This document shows, piece by piece, positions 52,144 through 62,435 of a stretch of 64,000 nucleotides of DNA. How positions within the stretch are numbered: the stretch's first letter is position 1; every line of letters starts with the position of its first letter. Position numbers and translations under genes: made by a program. This DNA is from Clostridium merdae. GTDB taxonomy: Bacteria > Bacillota > Clostridia > Oscillospirales > Acutalibacteraceae. Where the stretch lies: positions 545,374-609,373 of the forward strand of contig NZ_FXLN01000003.1 of assembly GCF_900176635.1 (NCBI RefSeq), written 5' to 3'. The notes beneath the pieces were generated by a model that did not search any database, was not told the origin of the DNA, and saw nothing but the letters and a program-made list of their open reading frames with translations.

Positions 52144-52821
52144 TTATTCCTGCCACTTTTTCTCTAGTCTTCCCGCCAAACGAGAGATGGGGAAGCAAAC
52201 AATAAAATAGAGGAAGAAAATCGCGCCGTAAATCCACAAAGCTGCGCTGGGCGCCGTGTAACGGTTTGCCTCAATAATCTGCTGGCCAACCTTGAGCACC
52301 TCTACCACACCAATCAATACGATGAGAGAGGTCGTTTTCACCATACGCGTTGCCAAATTGATGGCAAGTGGTAATAACCGGCGGAACGTTTGCGGAATAA
52401 TGATATAGCGGTAAATCTGCACACCGGTCAGGCCGATCGCCCGCCCGCTTTCGTATTGATGCTTTGGTATAGAGATGAGCGCACCACGCACCAAATCTCC
52501 CATTTCGGCAGTGCCCCAAAATACAAATACAATAATAGCAGATATTTCACCCGAAAGATGAATTCCAAAGGTTTTGGCAACGCCAAAGTACACGAGGAAC
52601 AACAGCACCAACTGCGGCATAATTCGAACCGTTTCCAAATAAATGCGAGAAAGTGCTTTTGTTATCGGGTTTTTGAGCGTCATCACCATGCCGAGTAAAA
52701 CGCCCAACACCATCGAAATGGCAACGGAGAGCATTGCAATGCGCACTGTGACCCAAAGGCCCTCCAGTAGGCGCACCATATTGCGCCCGTCTAGCAGTAT
52801 ACTAATTCCCAAATCCGGCAT
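52144..52821 (-). CDS. Amino-acid ABC-transporter permease (His/Glu/Gln/Arg/opine family)
   Basis: EAA-loop permease with five TM helices. Confidence 0.85.
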   Translation of the reverse strand: MPDLGISILLDGRNMVRLLEGLWVTVRIAMLSVAISMVLGVLLGMVMTLKNPITKALSRIYLETVRIMPQLVLLFLVYFGVAKTFGIHLSGEISAIIVFVFWGTAEMGDLVRGALISIPKHQYESGRAIGLTGVQIYRYIIIPQTFRRLLPLAINLATRMVKTTSLIVLIGVVEVLKVGQQIIEANRYTAPSAALWIYGAIFFLYFIVCFPISRLAGRLEKKWQE

Positions 52822-53461
52822 AGCGCAGCCTCCTTTCCAAAAGCGAAGAGGCTATCGAAATCGGCAGCAGGATAATGAGATACGAGGTTACCAGCAAGAA
52901 CAGTGCTTCATCCGTTTTATAGTATAGGCCGATTAAATCCTTCGCAACGTACATTAGGTCTGCCAGAGCCACCACGCTGAATACCGATGTCTCCTTAATT
53001 AAAAAGATAACGTTGGCACACAATGCTGGCACGGAAACAGAAAGTGCCTGCGGCAAAACTACATAGCGAATAATTTGTGAATGTCGCAGCCCAATGCTGA
53101 GCCCTGCCTCGAGCTGACTCTTTTCCACTGATTCAAGCCCACTGCGGAATGCTTCTGCCATATAGCTGCCACCCAAAAAAGCCAGGCCTAGAACGGCACA
53201 GCTCTCAGAACTGATGACAACACCAAGCTTCGGCAGCCCAAAATACAGAAAAAACAGTTGAACCAACAGCGGCGTATTGCGAGAAAGCTCAATATACACG
53301 CCCACAATTCGGCGCATTACGGGTACTTTATAGTATTGAATCAGGCTGCAAAACAGCCCGACAAAAAATGAAAACAAAACGCCCCACAGCGCAATTCGCA
53401 GTGTAAGCAGTGCCGCCGTTTGGTACATTGGCACGTTTTGTTGTATAAATTCAAAATCCAA
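52802..53461 (-). CDS. Amino-acid ABC-transporter permease, second subunit
   Basis: Paralogous to the adjacent permease. Confidence 0.85.
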   Translation of the reverse strand: MDFEFIQQNVPMYQTAALLTLRIALWGVLFSFFVGLFCSLIQYYKVPVMRRIVGVYIELSRNTPLLVQLFFLYFGLPKLGVVISSESCAVLGLAFLGGSYMAEAFRSGLESVEKSQLEAGLSIGLRHSQIIRYVVLPQALSVSVPALCANVIFLIKETSVFSVVALADLMYVAKDLIGLYYKTDEALFLLVTSYLIILLPISIASSLLERRLRYAGFGN

Positions 53462-53727
53462 AATCCAGTTCCTTCCTCATATGTGATCTCAGATAGATAA
53501 ATCATTATTATAAAATACTTTTTCTATGATACGGCGTTCGCAAAAAAGAGTTCCACCTATATCGTAGTAATCATATATGAATTTGTGTTTACATATTACT
53601 ACATCTGTTCCACCGTGTCAACTATCTGATTTATATTTTTGAAAAGCTGCAAAAATCGCACGAAAGTTGCCCAAATTCGGGAGCGGCAAGTGCTTTTCTT
53701 TCGTGCAGCAATACAGTTTTAATCTAT

Positions 53728-54192
53728 TTACAGCTCAAACACCATTGGGGTATAGTGAGACTCCACCTTTTGGAAGCCAAGGTATTCGTATAATTTTTCC
53801 CCTTGCTTGGTCGCGTCTAGCTCTACATGGCATAAGCCTCTCTTGCGAGCATCCTCCAACGCCATATTCACAAGCTTTGCGCCCAAACCCAGCTTACGGT
53901 ACTCAGGGCGAACGTAAACGTTCATCAGAGTGCCTACCTTTCCATTTAAAAACGCCGGGCTTGCCGGTTTATCCGTCATCAGCATGAATACGGTACCCGC
54001 CAGGCGACCGTTTTCTTCCGCAACATAAGCAGCCAGAGTATCCCCCAAAATTCGCTGAAAACAGCTGGGTAGCTGTTCTCGAATTGCCGCTTCCTGTTCT
54101 TTTGTCAGAGTTCCCCAATCCGCTTTGAGGTATTCCACGCGCATCTCGGTTAGTTCTGCGCAATCGGCGTATTCACCGTTTCGGAATCTCAT
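53728..54192 (-). CDS. GNAT-family N-acetyltransferase
   Basis: Acetyl-CoA-binding motif (RKLGLGAKLV). Start at MRFRNGEY, after an AGGAAAGGGG RBS. Confidence 0.75.
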   Translation of the reverse strand: MRFRNGEYADCAELTEMRVEYLKADWGTLTKEQEAAIREQLPSCFQRILGDTLAAYVAEENGRLAGTVFMLMTDKPASPAFLNGKVGTLMNVYVRPEYRKLGLGAKLVNMALEDARKRGLCHVELDATKQGEKLYEYLGFQKVESHYTPMVFEL

Positions 54193-54531
54193 TTTGTATT
54201 CCCCTTTCCTCTTCTGCATCCGCAATAAAAGTGGTACGATTGTGCACTGTTTCTTTTACCGTTTCTGGCTTTATCCCATTCATAAAGACCAGTATATCAT
54301 AGAATCTGGTTGAAAAAAAGTTTTTAAGAAAAGTACATTTCTATAAATGGAATCGTTCTCCTGCATCGCTCTGTTAGCAAGGCTTTCTTCCGATTATAAT
54401 CGCAATTTACTTATTCCATTCAATCTCTTTTGCTCTTCCAAATGGCTTTAAAGAGTATAACCTATACGTATAAATATGACAAAAAAAGAAGCCCCTGAAC
54501 AACAGGCGCTTCTTTTGGTTTATTGTATTAC

Positions 54532-55587
54532 TTATTTATCCGAATGCTTTACTTCATATTCCACGCCGCCAACTACCACTTTCTCAATGGTGGCAGGGTT
54601 TATTATACGGGAGAATTGTCCGCTAAGCACAAGCTCCCCATTGGGATTGCGCTCCCCTTGGAATTTACCTACGAGAGGCATATCTTTGGGGTCATCGGTC
54701 AAAACCGCTCCGCCACCGCCGCCAACGGTACGGTCACTGGCGGCAAAGCTCATCTCGATTTCTTCCGTTTTCCCGTTTGAGAGCTTTAGCAACATACTAG
54801 TTGGGGGTAAGCCACCCTGCGGATTCTTCTCATGACAAATGAGCAGTAGACCCATAGGCGATATTTGCAGCTGTTTGAGCTCTGTATTCTGCACCTGCAT
54901 GTTTTCCGGGAAATAAACAACGGCATTCCCAAGCTGATTTTCCAAAGAGACGGAAAGTGAAATGGGGGCTACCTGTCTATTTAAGGAAAGTGAGACGTCG
55001 GCAGCCGTAAAGTGCTGCTTGCTTACAAGGTCTAAGGCATAGTAGGTCTTACCCGGTACGGTAAATTCCTCCAGAACATGCCAGCCGTTGGAGCGAATGC
55101 CGGTATTTGAGGTTACGGTAAATAAGTCTTTGTCATCTGGTTGATTGCCAGTTACAGAAACAACCATATTCGTGACAAAGCCATCGGTTACCATAGCTTC
55201 CACCGCCATACTGCGCCCGTTGTCGGTGGCCTTTATTCGCGGCGTCACAATTTCATTTTGAACGGAGGTGGCACTGCTGCCAAAAATGCCTTTCATATAA
55301 TCCAGCCCGCCCAATGCAACCGTGGCAAACACAGTAACGCTTAACAGGCTTGCAATTACAGCAGCAAGCACGAATCGACTCGAAACTTTTTTCACGCTTT
55401 TCTCCTCTTTTCCATACAAGTGTTCCTTGCGCTTTTGAAGCGCAAGAGATTTGATGCGGTCATAGGAGGGGGAAACAGAAGAATCGCCCTGTGGCTCTAC
55501 CGGCAATATCATGTCTTCGGGTATCTGTGAAGCCATATTCGAGATTATCCAGAACTCTTCTCTCTCGTCCTTTCTATTCACAGTCAT
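54532..55587 (-). CDS. Putative anti-sigma factor: membrane-anchored, with a DUF4179-like extracytoplasmic domain
   Basis: Overlaps the ECF sigma gene. Single TM (FVLAAVIASLLSVTVFATVAL) after a cytoplasmic N-terminus. Confidence 0.5.
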   Translation of the reverse strand: MTVNRKDEREEFWIISNMASQIPEDMILPVEPQGDSSVSPSYDRIKSLALQKRKEHLYGKEEKSVKKVSSRFVLAAVIASLLSVTVFATVALGGLDYMKGIFGSSATSVQNEIVTPRIKATDNGRSMAVEAMVTDGFVTNMVVSVTGNQPDDKDLFTVTSNTGIRSNGWHVLEEFTVPGKTYYALDLVSKQHFTAADVSLSLNRQVAPISLSVSLENQLGNAVVYFPENMQVQNTELKQLQISPMGLLLICHEKNPQGGLPPTSMLLKLSNGKTEEIEMSFAASDRTVGGGGGAVLTDDPKDMPLVGKFQGERNPNGELVLSGQFSRIINPATIEKVVVGGVEYEVKHSDK

Positions 55588-56125
55588 ATCCCCTTTCCTG
55601 TAAAATTACCTTTAATCTGGAACGGGAGCGGTGCAGCTTTGTTTTAGTGGTACTGGCGTTTAATTGGAGCTGTTCAGCAATTGTCTTCAACGGTTCTCCA
55701 AAATAATAGAAGCGGATAAAAATTTCTCTTTCCGGTTCACCAAAGCACTCCACAGCCGTTTTTATAATCTCCTCTTGCTCCCGCCGAATCGCTAGTTCAT
55801 CCAATTGTTCTTGGAACACAACCGGAAGAATATCGTCATCGTAAGAAAGAAATTCATTACCAGATTTTCTGAGCATGTCGATGCTGGTACTTCGCGTCAC
55901 CTGCGCGATAAACGCTTTCAGGCTTTTTACACGGATTTGATCGCGCTTCAACCATATTTTGAAGAAAACATCTGCGGCTACCTCTTCTATATCGGCATCC
56001 GTGAGGGCTCCCCGGGAGATTCCGCTGATGATTGCCGTTACATAACGAGAGTAACGGTCAATTAACGCAGAATACCAAAGCTCCTCGTCATCATTGAGCA
56101 TAGCCATCATAGTTGTATCATTCAA
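55574..56125 (-). CDS. ECF-subfamily RNA polymerase sigma-70 factor
   Basis: Region 2 (YSALIDRYSRYV...ADVFFKIW) and region 4 (LKTIAEQLQLNASTTKTKLHRSR). Start uncertain: a TTG after an AAGGAGGG RBS is preferred over the ORF-track start at 56203. Confidence 0.75.
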   Translation of the reverse strand: MNDTTMMAMLNDDEELWYSALIDRYSRYVTAIISGISRGALTDADIEEVAADVFFKIWLKRDQIRVKSLKAFIAQVTRSTSIDMLRKSGNEFLSYDDDILPVVFQEQLDELAIRREQEEIIKTAVECFGEPEREIFIRFYYFGEPLKTIAEQLQLNASTTKTKLHRSRSRLKVILQERGYDCE

Positions 56126-56371
56126 AATATCCCTCCTTAAGGCACTTTCCGGAAAGCACCTAACAATACGGAAGAAGTTACCATATGGTTTCACGTTTTC
56201 CAATTATCATTTATTTTTTTATAATTTACATAAAAGTATGGAATGACTTTTAAACGGCGGAGGCTATTTTCATGCAAACCTGCTCCCAAAACGCAGAAAG
56301 CGCACTCCATGAAAAGGAAGCGCGCCCGAAAGTCCTATTTCTTATATAATAAGAGCATTCCCATACTATTT

Positions 56372-56776
56372 TCATTCTCTAACTTGTTTTGGAAAAGTAA
56401 GGGCGAACAAACCACCCATCACAAAATACACCGCGCAATAACCAGTGCCAAAAAGAATGGGTAGCAGAACAATTATGCCAAACCTCTTCAATAAAACAAA
56501 TACCACATAAACCAAGAGAATGGCAGCAATGAATGGTTTTGATTTACGCGCAAGCCACGGAATTCCACGAAACGGAAACAAAGAGCATAGAAGCGTCACC
56601 ATAAAAGCGGCCACAAAAAAGTAGAACGCTGGAACTGCTATAAACTCATACAGAAAATCGAGAGCTGTACCAATAGACCGATAATAGAAAACCGTTGTGT
56701 AATAATAAACATAGAGTAAGCTTAAGATGCTAAAAAGAGCGAAAATCGATTCTGGACGAACTGCATTTTTTCTCAT
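56372..56776 (-). CDS. Small polytopic membrane protein of unknown function
   Basis: 134 aa with four hydrophobic helices. Confidence 0.4.
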   Translation of the reverse strand: MRKNAVRPESIFALFSILSLLYVYYYTTVFYYRSIGTALDFLYEFIAVPAFYFFVAAFMVTLLCSLFPFRGIPWLARKSKPFIAAILLVYVVFVLLKRFGIIVLLPILFGTGYCAVYFVMGGLFALTFPKQVRE

Positions 56777-57138
56777 GGGACTTCCTCCTTACTTCGATTC
56801 ATCTTCACAACAAGGAGTATCTATGTTCTTTTCTAATATATATTATAGCAGATGATAAGCAAAAATCAAAAGAACTTACTTTCCCTTATTTAGGGCATTT
56901 GCACATAGCTCCCCAGCAAATTTATATAGGGTATCCGCAATCACTTGTTCGGGTTTTAGCCCTCCTGCATGTTCTCCAATCTTCTTGTAGAACGTATACA
57001 GATAATCTTCCATCCTAATAGTAACCTTTTTCACACAGCTTGTCCTCTCTTTCTATGTATACTCTTATCAAGAGTATACTCAATATATTGGTCATAGTCA
57101 ATCTATTGAGGCGTGCTATGCTAAATTGGGTGATAAAA

Positions 57139-57342
57139 ATGATAAGCTATGAACCGTTTTATAAAACACTCATTGAGAAAAATATAACTGAGTATTATCT
57201 AATTTATAAGCAAGGAATATCCGCCAACATTTTGCACCGGATGAAGCACGGCAAAAATATTACACTAAAAACGCTAGACACCCTGTGCTTTATATTAGAT
57301 TGCGATGTGTCAGATATTATCGAGTACAAAAAAGATATGTGA
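57139..57342 (+). CDS. Small XRE/Cro-type HTH protein
   Basis: EPFYKTLIEKNITEYYLIYKQGISANILHRMKHGKNITLKTL HTH. Start at the internal ATG after a GGGTGA RBS. Confidence 0.55.
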   Translation: MISYEPFYKTLIEKNITEYYLIYKQGISANILHRMKHGKNITLKTLDTLCFILDCDVSDIIEYKKDM

Positions 57343-57472
57343 AGTAACTAGAATTTCGCTCAGTTTTATTAACTGCATTCTCAATTTGAATCGGTCGCTC
57401 CTGATTTTGGGGCAAAAATAACCGACCGAGCTAACAAGCGGCTCGATCTGTTGTAGAATGGACGGCACAATC

Positions 57473-57712
57473 ATGAGCAGTCAAAAGATAAAGCAAGATG
57501 ATGAGATTCCCATCGGCAAAAACATTCAAGAGATACGGCTGAAAAAGAAAATTGGGCAAACCGAACTCATCCGCCGGCTTCAGCTTGCAGATGTAGAAAT
57601 GACGAGAGAATCCCTAGTAAAAATCGAACGAGGAATTCAACATATTTACGCAACACAGCTGCGAGCCATTCGAGATGCACTCGAAACCTCTTACGATGAA
57701 CTGCTCAAATAA
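57473..57712 (+). CDS. XRE-family HTH protein
   Basis: IQEIRLKKKIGQTELIRRLQLADVEMTRESLVKIERG. Confidence 0.65.
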   Translation: MSSQKIKQDDEIPIGKNIQEIRLKKKIGQTELIRRLQLADVEMTRESLVKIERGIQHIYATQLRAIRDALETSYDELLK

Positions 57713-57740
57713 AAAGTTTTAGAATAAAATAATAAAAGAC

Positions 57741-57766
57741 CGTCGATATAAATCGACGGTCTTTTA
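57741..57766. terminator. Bidirectional terminator, serving the XRE gene (plus strand) and the tRNA operon (minus strand)
   Basis: CCGTCGATATAAATCGACGG with T-runs on both sides. Confidence 0.8.
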
Positions 57767-57842
57767 TGGCTGGGCTGGATGGATTCGAACCATCGGGATG
57801 ACGGAGTCAAAGTCCGTTGCCTTACCGCTTGGCTACAGCCCA
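57767..57842 (-). tRNA. tRNA-Gln (anticodon TTG)
   Basis: The reverse complement, TGGGCTGTAGCCAAGCGGTAAGGCAACGGACTTTGACTCCGTCATCCCGATGGTTCGAATCCATCCAGCCCAGCCA, matches the bacterial tRNA-Gln pattern. Anticodon loop CTTTGAC. Confidence 0.9.
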
Positions 57843-57905
57843 TTAGACATGTGATAACGAATAAGAACGAGGCAAAAATTTTCATCTTTGCCTCGCCTTC
57901 TTCAG

Positions 57906-57983
57906 TGGGGTGGAAGATGGGATTCGAACCCACGATCTCCAGTGCCACAAACTGGCGCTTTAACCGGCTAAGCTACATCCACC
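57906..57983 (-). tRNA. tRNA-His (anticodon GTG) with a G-1 extension
   Basis: GGTGGATGTAGCTTAGCCGGTTAAAGCGCCAGTTTGTGGCACTGG... Anticodon loop TTGTGGC. G-1:C73. Confidence 0.9.
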
Positions 57984-57988
57984 ATATA

Positions 57989-58066
57989 TGGCGCGCCAAA
58001 AGGGATTCGAACCCCTGGCCTACTGCTTAGAAGGCAGTTGCTCTATCCTGCTGAGCTATTGGCGCG
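57989..58066 (-). tRNA. tRNA-Arg (anticodon TCT)
   Basis: CGCGCCAATAGCTCAGCAGGATAGAGCAACTGCCTTCTAAGCAGT... Anticodon loop CTTCTAA. Confidence 0.9.
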
Positions 58067-58073
58067 AATATCT

Positions 58074-58147
58074 TGGAGCGGGTGATGGGAATCGAACCCA
58101 CACGACCAGCTTGGAAGGCTGGAGTTCTACCACTGAACTACACCCGC
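58074..58147 (-). tRNA. tRNA-Gly (anticodon TCC)
   Basis: GCGGGTGTAGTTCAGTGGTAGAACTCCAGCCTTCCAAGCTGG... Anticodon loop CTTCCAA. Confidence 0.9.
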
Positions 58148-58167
58148 AATCAAAAGCGACGTTATGA

Positions 58168-58197
58168 ATTATAACATGTCCTCGTGCCAATTGTCAA
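58168..58197 (-). promoter_or_regulatory. Consensus sigma-70 promoter for the Gly-Arg-His-Gln tRNA operon
   Basis: On the minus strand: TTGACA, 18 nt, TATAAT, ending about 20 nt before the tRNA-Gly 5' end. Confidence 0.7.
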
Positions 58198-58526
58198 GAT
58201 AGGTCACTAAATTATTTGCATTCACGGTAAACTCTTTCTCAATAGAAACACAACCAATATCTAAGCTTTTAAACCGTTTTGCAACTGCTCCATACAATTG
58301 ATTTCTTCTCTCGCTCAGCTTCTCACTAAATCTTACATTTATTAAGTTCATTATACCCGAATTAAGTTCCAAAAAGCAACCGATATTAGCCTTTGTTAAT
58401 TAATAAATCAATTTATATATTTAAATTGATATTTAATAAAAGCGCCTTGAATCAGATTACAAAACTGGTTCAAAGCGCTTCTTATTCTGCATGAGCTGGT
58501 AACACAAATACATCAAACCATAGTGA

Positions 58527-60809
58527 TTAGATAATATCCAGCTTTATTTCATCATTTTCTTCCGTTACAGCAATACCAGACAACGGCGTATCGCTATGCT
58601 CCACAATTTCAGAGGTAATGCGATCCTCTACCTTACGGCGAATCAGGTTGCGCAAATCACGCGCACCACTCTTACCTCCAATGGCATGCTCCGCAAGCCA
58701 TTTTATCGCCTTTTCATCGTAAGCAAAACGAATTCCACGCTCTGTGAGTGCGGCTATATACTCTTCCAGCATCAATGCGGCAATCCTAATAAAGTCCTCC
58801 ACCTTGAGCTTGTGGAACACAATCACTTCATCCACACGACTTAAAAACTCCGGCCGCAGGAATTCCGAAAGAGCCTTCATTGTCTTTTCACGGGTTACGT
58901 CAGCATCCGTTTTGGCAAAGCCTAAGGCACCCTCACGCTTTTCACTGCCTGCGTTAGAGGTCATGATAATGATCGTATTTTCAAAATTGACCGTGCGCCC
59001 CTGTGCGTCTGTAATGCGCCCTTCATCCAAAATTTGAAGAAGGATGTTCATTACATCGGGATGCGCTTTTTCAATTTCATCAAATAGCAAAACAGAATAC
59101 GGGCGACGGCGCACCTTTTCAGTGACCTGCCCAGCCTCGTCGTACCCCACATAGCCGGGGGGTGAACCAATAATACGCGAAACCGAGTGCTTCTCCATAA
59201 ACTCAGACATATCGAGTCGGATGAGCGTTTCCGGCGTATCAAACAGCTCTTTTGAGATCACCTTCGCCAACTCCGTTTTACCCACGCCGGTTGGGCCGAC
59301 AAAGATAAAGGATGCGGGGCGGCGGCGAGGACTAATTTGCACCCTGCTGCGGCGAATGGCTGCCGCTACAGCAGTAACAGCTTCTTCCTGCCCAATTACT
59401 TTTTTATTCAAAAGCTCCTCGAGACCAGCAAGCTTTTTCAGCTCACTTTCCTCTACACGGCTGGCGGGAATACCCGTCCACAATTCGATGACATGAGCCA
59501 AATCATCAAGCCCCACATCAGCGCCGATTGCTTCGGGCATGAGTACGCGGGTCTTTTCCTCAAGGCTTGCAATTTCATAACGAATTTGCGCTAGCTTCTC
59601 ATAATCCGGCTCTACACCATCGGCAGTCAGGTCGGTTTCCTCCTGGCGCAGTGTATCTAAGCGGAAGGTTGCAGCATCATAATCCGCCATCTTCTGGTTG
59701 CGGAGCGCGGCACTGGCACAGGCCTCATCCAAAAGGTCGATTGCCTTATCCGGCAAAAAGCGGTCGTTAATATAGCGTTCCGACAATACCACCGCACGAC
59801 GAACCACGTGATCCGGTAAATGCACACGGTGGAAATCCTCATAATAGTTTTTAATTCCAAGCAAAACATTGGTTGTTTGCTCTATGGAAGGCTCTCCAAT
59901 TTTTACCGGCTGAAATCTTCTTTCCAGCGCACTGTCTTTCTCAATATACTTGCGATACTCGGTAAAGGTGGTCGCACCAATCACCTGAATTTCACCACGT
60001 GAAAGAGCGGGCTTTAGAATATTAGCAGCGTTCATGGAGCCCTCTGCATCACCAGTACCAACTAGGTTATGCACCTCGTCCACAAACAGAATCACATCGC
60101 CGTCAGCCTTCACTTCATCTACCAAGCCCTTAATACGGCTTTCAAACTGGCCGCGGAACTGTGTACCGGCTACCAGTGCGGTAAGGTCTAGTAAATGAAT
60201 CTCTTTTTTACGCAATCTTGCGGGTACATCTCCCTGCGCAATGCGAATTGCAAGACCCTCTGCAATGGCGGTTTTACCAACACCCGGCTCACCAATCAAG
60301 CACGGGTTGTTTTTGGTTCTGCGACACAGAATCTGAATCACACGGGCAATTTCCTGATCGCGCCCCACAATGCGGTCTATTTCGTTGTTTCTGGCTCTTT
60401 TTGTGAGGTCCGTGCAGTAGGTATCAATATTGCGTCGTTTCTTCTTATTCTCGGTCTTCTTATGCTCTACCGTTTGCGTGGCTTCTGTACTGCCGGAGGA
60501 AGCCTCCGGTGCAGGCTTATTATTGCCGCCAAACATACTTTGAATGAGCGGGAACGTGGCTGCGCCGCCGGGCACAAAGCCGTCGCCGTCCTCTGTGGTC
60601 TCTGCCAGCTCTCCCATCATCTCGTCGAGCTGATCCTCCATTGTCTCCAATTGGTCCTCTGTAATGCCCATCTGGCTCATCATATCCTTAACAGGCTGAA
60701 TACCCATTTCTCTGGCACATTTGAGGCAATATCCTCTGGCATCCTTTGCGTCTGCACTGGAGGCAACAAACACAACGGCTGGGCGTTTTTTGCATCTTGA
60801 ACAAATCAT
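58527..60809 (-). CDS. clpE: Clp-family AAA+ chaperone with an N-terminal zinc ribbon (ClpE-like), two AAA modules and an LGF-type loop
   Basis: CSRCKK...CLKCARE zinc-ribbon N-terminus in place of a Clp_N repeat domain. Two Walker A motifs: GEPGVGKT and [12 protein letters not shown] tripeptide. Confidence 0.8.
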   Translation of the reverse strand: MICSRCKKRPAVVFVASSADAKDARGYCLKCAREMGIQPVKDMMSQMGITEDQLETMEDQLDEMMGELAETTEDGDGFVPGGAATFPLIQSMFGGNNKPAPEASSGSTEATQTVEHKKTENKKKRRNIDTYCTDLTKRARNNEIDRIVGRDQEIARVIQILCRRTKNNPCLIGEPGVGKTAIAEGLAIRIAQGDVPARLRKKEIHLLDLTALVAGTQFRGQFESRIKGLVDEVKADGDVILFVDEVHNLVGTGDAEGSMNAANILKPALSRGEIQVIGATTFTEYRKYIEKDSALERRFQPVKIGEPSIEQTTNVLLGIKNYYEDFHRVHLPDHVVRRAVVLSERYINDRFLPDKAIDLLDEACASAALRNQKMADYDAATFRLDTLRQEETDLTADGVEPDYEKLAQIRYEIASLEEKTRVLMPEAIGADVGLDDLAHVIELWTGIPASRVEESELKKLAGLEELLNKKVIGQEEAVTAVAAAIRRSRVQISPRRRPASFIFVGPTGVGKTELAKVISKELFDTPETLIRLDMSEFMEKHSVSRIIGSPPGYVGYDEAGQVTEKVRRRPYSVLLFDEIEKAHPDVMNILLQILDEGRITDAQGRTVNFENTIIIMTSNAGSEKREGALGFAKTDADVTREKTMKALSEFLRPEFLSRVDEVIVFHKLKVEDFIRIAALMLEEYIAALTERGIRFAYDEKAIKWLAEHAIGGKSGARDLRNLIRRKVEDRITSEIVEHSDTPLSGIAVTEENDEIKLDII

Positions 60810-60891
60810 CTTGTGAATTCTTTCCTCCGCTGCCGCTACGGGTAAAAATAGGGTGCTGCCCTGCGGCGAAATTGGGGCAAACCGGCACCAG

Positions 60892-61509
60892 TCAACTCGA
60901 TTTGCGGTTGATGGTGCGTCTGGCCTTCAACTCTAAATCCACCGTGTCTTTGGGGTCTTCAGAGTGAAGAGTCGACCAGAATATTCCAAAATATCTTAAA
61001 AAGGCGTATACCATCATACCGACGGTCGCCGACAAAAGCGTAATTGTTAGGTAAAAGTTCTCGTAGTTAAAAAATCCTTTTAATACATAAATAACGGCAA
61101 ACGAAACGTAGAACATGGCTGTTGCTACCTTGCCGTACCATTTTGCAGCTGTTGGTCTTTTTTTGCGTTTTAAAAGCACACAGGCCGCTATAATCATCAC
61201 GGTCTCTTTTACTACAAACACTGCCAAAAAGGGTACCAGCACCGGCTCTACAATTGCCATGCAAACCGCTACCGCAGCTTGCGTTAGCTTATCTGCTAAT
61301 GGGTCAAGCAGCTTGCCAAGCTCCGTAATTTGGTGAAAGCGGCGGGCAATGTACCCGTCTACCAAATCCGTAAGGCCAGATACCACCAGTACGACTCCCG
61401 CTGCCTTCCACTGCTGGCCTAAAAAATACAGCACAAACGGTGGAATTAAAAGAATGCGAAAAACAGAAAGCGCATTCGGAATCGTAATGTTTTTGTTAAT
61501 GTCCTTCAT
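60892..61509 (-). CDS. CDP-alcohol phosphatidyltransferase-family protein (PgsA-like)
   Basis: DGYIARRFHQITELGKLLDPLADK matches the family motif D-G-x2-A-R-x8-G-x3-D-x3-D. Start at MKDINKN, after a GGGAGTGGAG RBS. Confidence 0.8.
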   Translation of the reverse strand: MKDINKNITIPNALSVFRILLIPPFVLYFLGQQWKAAGVVLVVSGLTDLVDGYIARRFHQITELGKLLDPLADKLTQAAVAVCMAIVEPVLVPFLAVFVVKETVMIIAACVLLKRKKRPTAAKWYGKVATAMFYVSFAVIYVLKGFFNYENFYLTITLLSATVGMMVYAFLRYFGIFWSTLHSEDPKDTVDLELKARRTINRKSS

Positions 61510-61544
61510 TTCTCCACTCCCATCAGCCACAGGGCTATCCCCCA

Positions 61545-62231
61545 TTATTCCTCAGGGAACAGGAAATTAACCGGGCTTTTTTCATAAAGCGTTTGGTAAA
61601 CCCAAGAGGTTTTAAATTCACTCTGTGTAATCCCAAACAACCCATCCTTCATCATGGGCAAAGCAAGCTGAAGCAGCATGCAAACCAGCAGTACAATTGC
61701 ACAGCCACTGAAAAAACCAACCACACCGCCGGCTGCCATATCAATTTGGTGTAAAATTGGCAGACGAGATAAAGAATTTAGCATGCGCAGTACAATACGC
61801 ACTACAAAATAGATTGCTGAAAATAAAACGACCGTAACTACCAATCGGGTGAAGCCGATGACGGACGGAGAAAGCAGGTTCGCAATTTGCGGTGCCGCTT
61901 TTTCAATGGAACCGTTTAGCGCAGACAAAAAGCCTTCGCCCGAGATATGGCTGCCTAAAAAGGACGGCAAAGAACCTTGCAGTGCCTGCACTTGCTGCTC
62001 TGCACCTTGCCCTGCTGTTTTTTGCAGAGTCTCCGTAATTTTGCCCACCATATTGTCGTAAATAAAGTTTTGGTACAATGCGCCTGCCGCCATGCGCCCA
62101 ATCACCGCCGCCGCTACGGAAGCAACTACATAGCCAACAAACCCAGCCAGGGAACGAATTAACCCCTTTTCACAGCCTACAATCGTAAACCAAGTGAGAA
62201 TTCCAATTAAAATTAAATCAATAATGGTCAC
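61545..62231 (-). CDS. cvpA: CvpA-family membrane protein
   Basis: MTIIDLILIGILTWFTIVGCEKGLIRS, a CvpA-like N-terminus, and four TM helices. Confidence 0.75.
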   Translation of the reverse strand: MTIIDLILIGILTWFTIVGCEKGLIRSLAGFVGYVVASVAAAVIGRMAAGALYQNFIYDNMVGKITETLQKTAGQGAEQQVQALQGSLPSFLGSHISGEGFLSALNGSIEKAAPQIANLLSPSVIGFTRLVVTVVLFSAIYFVVRIVLRMLNSLSRLPILHQIDMAAGGVVGFFSGCAIVLLVCMLLQLALPMMKDGLFGITQSEFKTSWVYQTLYEKSPVNFLFPEE

Positions 62232-62435
62232 CAGGCAACCTCCCCAATTTCTGAACCCGCCGTGCGGGCATAATAAAATGATACAGGCTGTCGAGCGAGC
62301 CTTTCTAATAATATATCACAAAGCAAATAGTACGGCAAGGTAAGAAAAAAAACAAAATGTAAACAATGCGCAACATAGTTACGAACAAAAAACAGCACTT
62401 TCCCCTAGTCCAATACCGGTGAAAGCGCCGTTTGT

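Noticed and set aside
58169-58372. 67-aa ORF on the minus strand upstream of tRNA-Gly
   Set aside because: Its 3' end overlaps the consensus promoter of the tRNA operon, and it has no RBS. It is probably spurious.
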